From contig JAEOTP010000091.1 of the NCBI GenBank assembly GCA_016839765.1, positions 1 through 28,848 on the forward strand: a stretch of 28,848 nucleotides of DNA, written 5' to 3'. The stretch's first letter is position 1; the number at the start of each line of letters is the position of its first letter. Of this stretch, positions 27,398-28,848 are shown in pieces. The notes below the pieces were generated by a model that saw only the letters and a program-made list of their open reading frames with translations, did no database searches and had not been told where the DNA came from. Made by a program: the position numbers and the translations under genes. The DNA is from Promethearchaeota archaeon. Its GTDB lineage: Archaea > Asgardarchaeota > Lokiarchaeia > Sigyniarchaeales > SOKP01.

Positions 27398-27640
27398 ATG
27401 ACTGAGGAGGAATCTCGTTTTTGTCCTTATTGTGGTGTAAAATTAAAGCATCCATATTGGGTTCATGTTCAAGAAAAACATTCAGAAAAATATGCTCAAA
27501 AAGAAACTTGGATAAAATTATATGAAGATTATAGAAAACTAGGTATGGATCAAGATATCTCATTAACCGTTATCTCAGAATTATTTAATGCTACTATTGA
27601 AGAAGTTAAATCTTTTCTAAAGAATGCCAATGCTTTTTAA
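27398..27640 (+). CDS. Small C2H2-type zinc finger protein with a helical C-terminus
   Basis: CPYC-x10-H-x4-H. The ATG at 27398 is preferred over the TTG at 27386. Confidence 0.75.
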   Translation: MTEEESRFCPYCGVKLKHPYWVHVQEKHSEKYAQKETWIKLYEDYRKLGMDQDISLTVISELFNATIEEVKSFLKNANAF

Positions 27641-27727
27641 AATAATTCCTTTTTAAAACTAGTTGAATAGTATTTAATAAAAATTAAAATAAATATAAAA
27701 AGTGTTAATTTCAAAAAAAGATTTTAA

Positions 27728-28021
27728 CTAAAATTCTTCCTCGTCTTCCTCTAAAAGTCCTGCTTGTTTTAGTAAATCCTCTACTGAATCACGAGCTTTC
27801 ATTACTTGTTCATTATCAGTAAGTTTAAGGTTTTCTAAAACAGAATCAGAAAATTCCATGAATTTTTTAATAGATTGAGACGAAAAATCTTTTAATTTAT
27901 TTGAAGTCTCTTCTATAAAATCCTTACCACTCTCTCCAAAAGCTCCACCAACAAAATCCTTGAAAGCATTATTTAGTTTATCTATAAAAGTTTCTTTCTT
28001 TTCTTCTCCTTCATCACTCAT
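27728..28021 (-). CDS. Hypothetical acidic alpha-helical protein
   Basis: 97-aa ORF filling the intergenic space, with an AGGT SD-like sequence upstream and amphipathic periodicity. Confidence 0.75.
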   Translation of the reverse strand: MSDEGEEKKETFIDKLNNAFKDFVGGAFGESGKDFIEETSNKLKDFSSQSIKKFMEFSDSVLENLKLTDNEQVMKARDSVEDLLKQAGLLEEDEEEF

Positions 28022-28184
28022 TATTTACTTACCTTTATGATTTAATTGTTTTGTTTTTTAGAAAATAAATTTTCATATGTTAAATAATTTTTTCAAACAC
28101 ATACCCGTATTTCTTATATTAATTGAATTATCATTTGATCATATTTTAAAAATAAGAATAAAGCTAATATAGTATTCGTAAAGA

Positions 28185-28273
28185 AAAAATAAGCCAAAAG
28201 CTTCTCTAGCCCATGGTCCAGAGATAACTTAAGAACAATCTAATATTCTTACTCCATCAAATATTTTGGACAT
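28185..28273 (-). pseudogene. N-terminal remnant of a CaiB/BaiF (class III) CoA-transferase
   Basis: Reads MSKIFDGVRILDCS*VISGPWA-/-EKLLAYF against the family consensus L.G.RVLD.S..I.GP.....LA..GA. Contains one stop (28231-28229) and one frameshift, then similarity ends. Confidence 0.7.
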
Positions 28274-28342
28274 AATTATCATAGATATTATTTATTTTAT
28301 ATTTTAAAGTGATGAAATCTTTTTAAAAATAAGTGAAAAGAG

Positions 28343-28848
28343 ATGAATGAACATCATTTTCTTCATGGATTTCTAAACCCAAAAACTGTTGCGCTTTATG
28401 GAGCAAATAATAAAGGCAGTTCTTTAGCTGGACTTCAAATTATGAATTTAATCAAGTCTGGATATAGCGGGAAGGTGTATCCAATACATTTAAAACTAGA
28501 GTCTGTGATGGGGTTTAAAGCTTATAGAACCATTGCTGACGTTCCAGAGATTCCTGATCTTGTCATTATCGTTTTACCTGCTAATTTAGTTCCTCAAATT
28601 TTTAGGGAATGTGGTGAAAAAGGAGTGAAAAGGATAGTGTTGATTTCTGGAGGCTTTCGTGAACTAATTGGAAGTCGTAAAAACACACTAACAGAGGATA
28701 TAAACGCTATTGCTAAGGAATATGGAATTAGATTTATTGGCCCTAATTGTTTGGGTGTTTTTAATAATTGGTATGGTCCAGACGAAGAAAATAAATCCTT
28801 TAATATCTTTATATGGGAGAACCTTAAAAGAAGTAAATTTTCGATTGC
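28343..28848 (+). CDS. ADP-forming acyl/acetate-CoA ligase alpha-type subunit, N-terminal CoA-binding domain (runs off the window)
   Basis: Manual translation gives MNEHHFLHGFLNPKTVALYGA...GKVYPIH...AYRTIADVPEIPDLVIIVLP...ECGEKGVK...ISGGFRE...GIRFIGPNCLG. Confidence 0.92.
   Translation, partial: MNEHHFLHGFLNPKTVALYGANNKGSSLAGLQIMNLIKSGYSGKVYPIHLKLESVMGFKAYRTIADVPEIPDLVIIVLPANLVPQIFRECGEKGVKRIVLISGGFRELIGSRKNTLTEDINAIAKEYGIRFIGPNCLGVFNNWYGPDEENKSFNIFIWENLKRSKFSI

Noticed and set aside
1-28848. CRISPR arrays, rRNA, IS elements, defence systems
   Set aside because: No repeat-spacer periodicity, long structured GC-rich RNA, or transposase/nuclease motifs were seen by eye.

Overview
Very AT-rich archaeal DNA, most likely from an Asgard archaeon of the Lokiarchaeia type. 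That assignment is inferred from the HMf-type histone, Sm protein, intron-containing tRNA-Arg(CCU), soluble multi-PAS kinase and stand-alone longin-fold protein. Contents in order: histone gene plus a decayed second copy; a heme-b-type membrane protein; an MFS transporter; a 7-PAS histidine kinase; a tungsten AOR locus with two beta-grasp proteins, a polyferredoxin and an unannotated 53-aa MobB-C-terminal-like ORF; a CocE/NonD hydrolase; tRNA-Arg; Sm; a large metallophosphoesterase; lpdA; and glycerate 2-kinase. The most interesting part is 18.7-23.5 kb. It holds a cytosolic 718-aa protein that appears to contain a mu-homology domain (AP mu/delta-COP-like) followed by Ig-like sandwiches, a BBS2/BBS7/ITFG2-like 7-bladed propeller with winged-helix-like repeats, and a convergent longin protein. 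Together these are a candidate proto-adaptor/coat locus. The right end is a decaying accessory region with three pseudogenes, C_GCAxxG_C_C proteins, diaminopropionate ammonia-lyase and the start of an ADP-forming acyl-CoA synthetase. All homology calls are by eye, and eukaryotic comparator sequences are recalled from memory. No searches were run.
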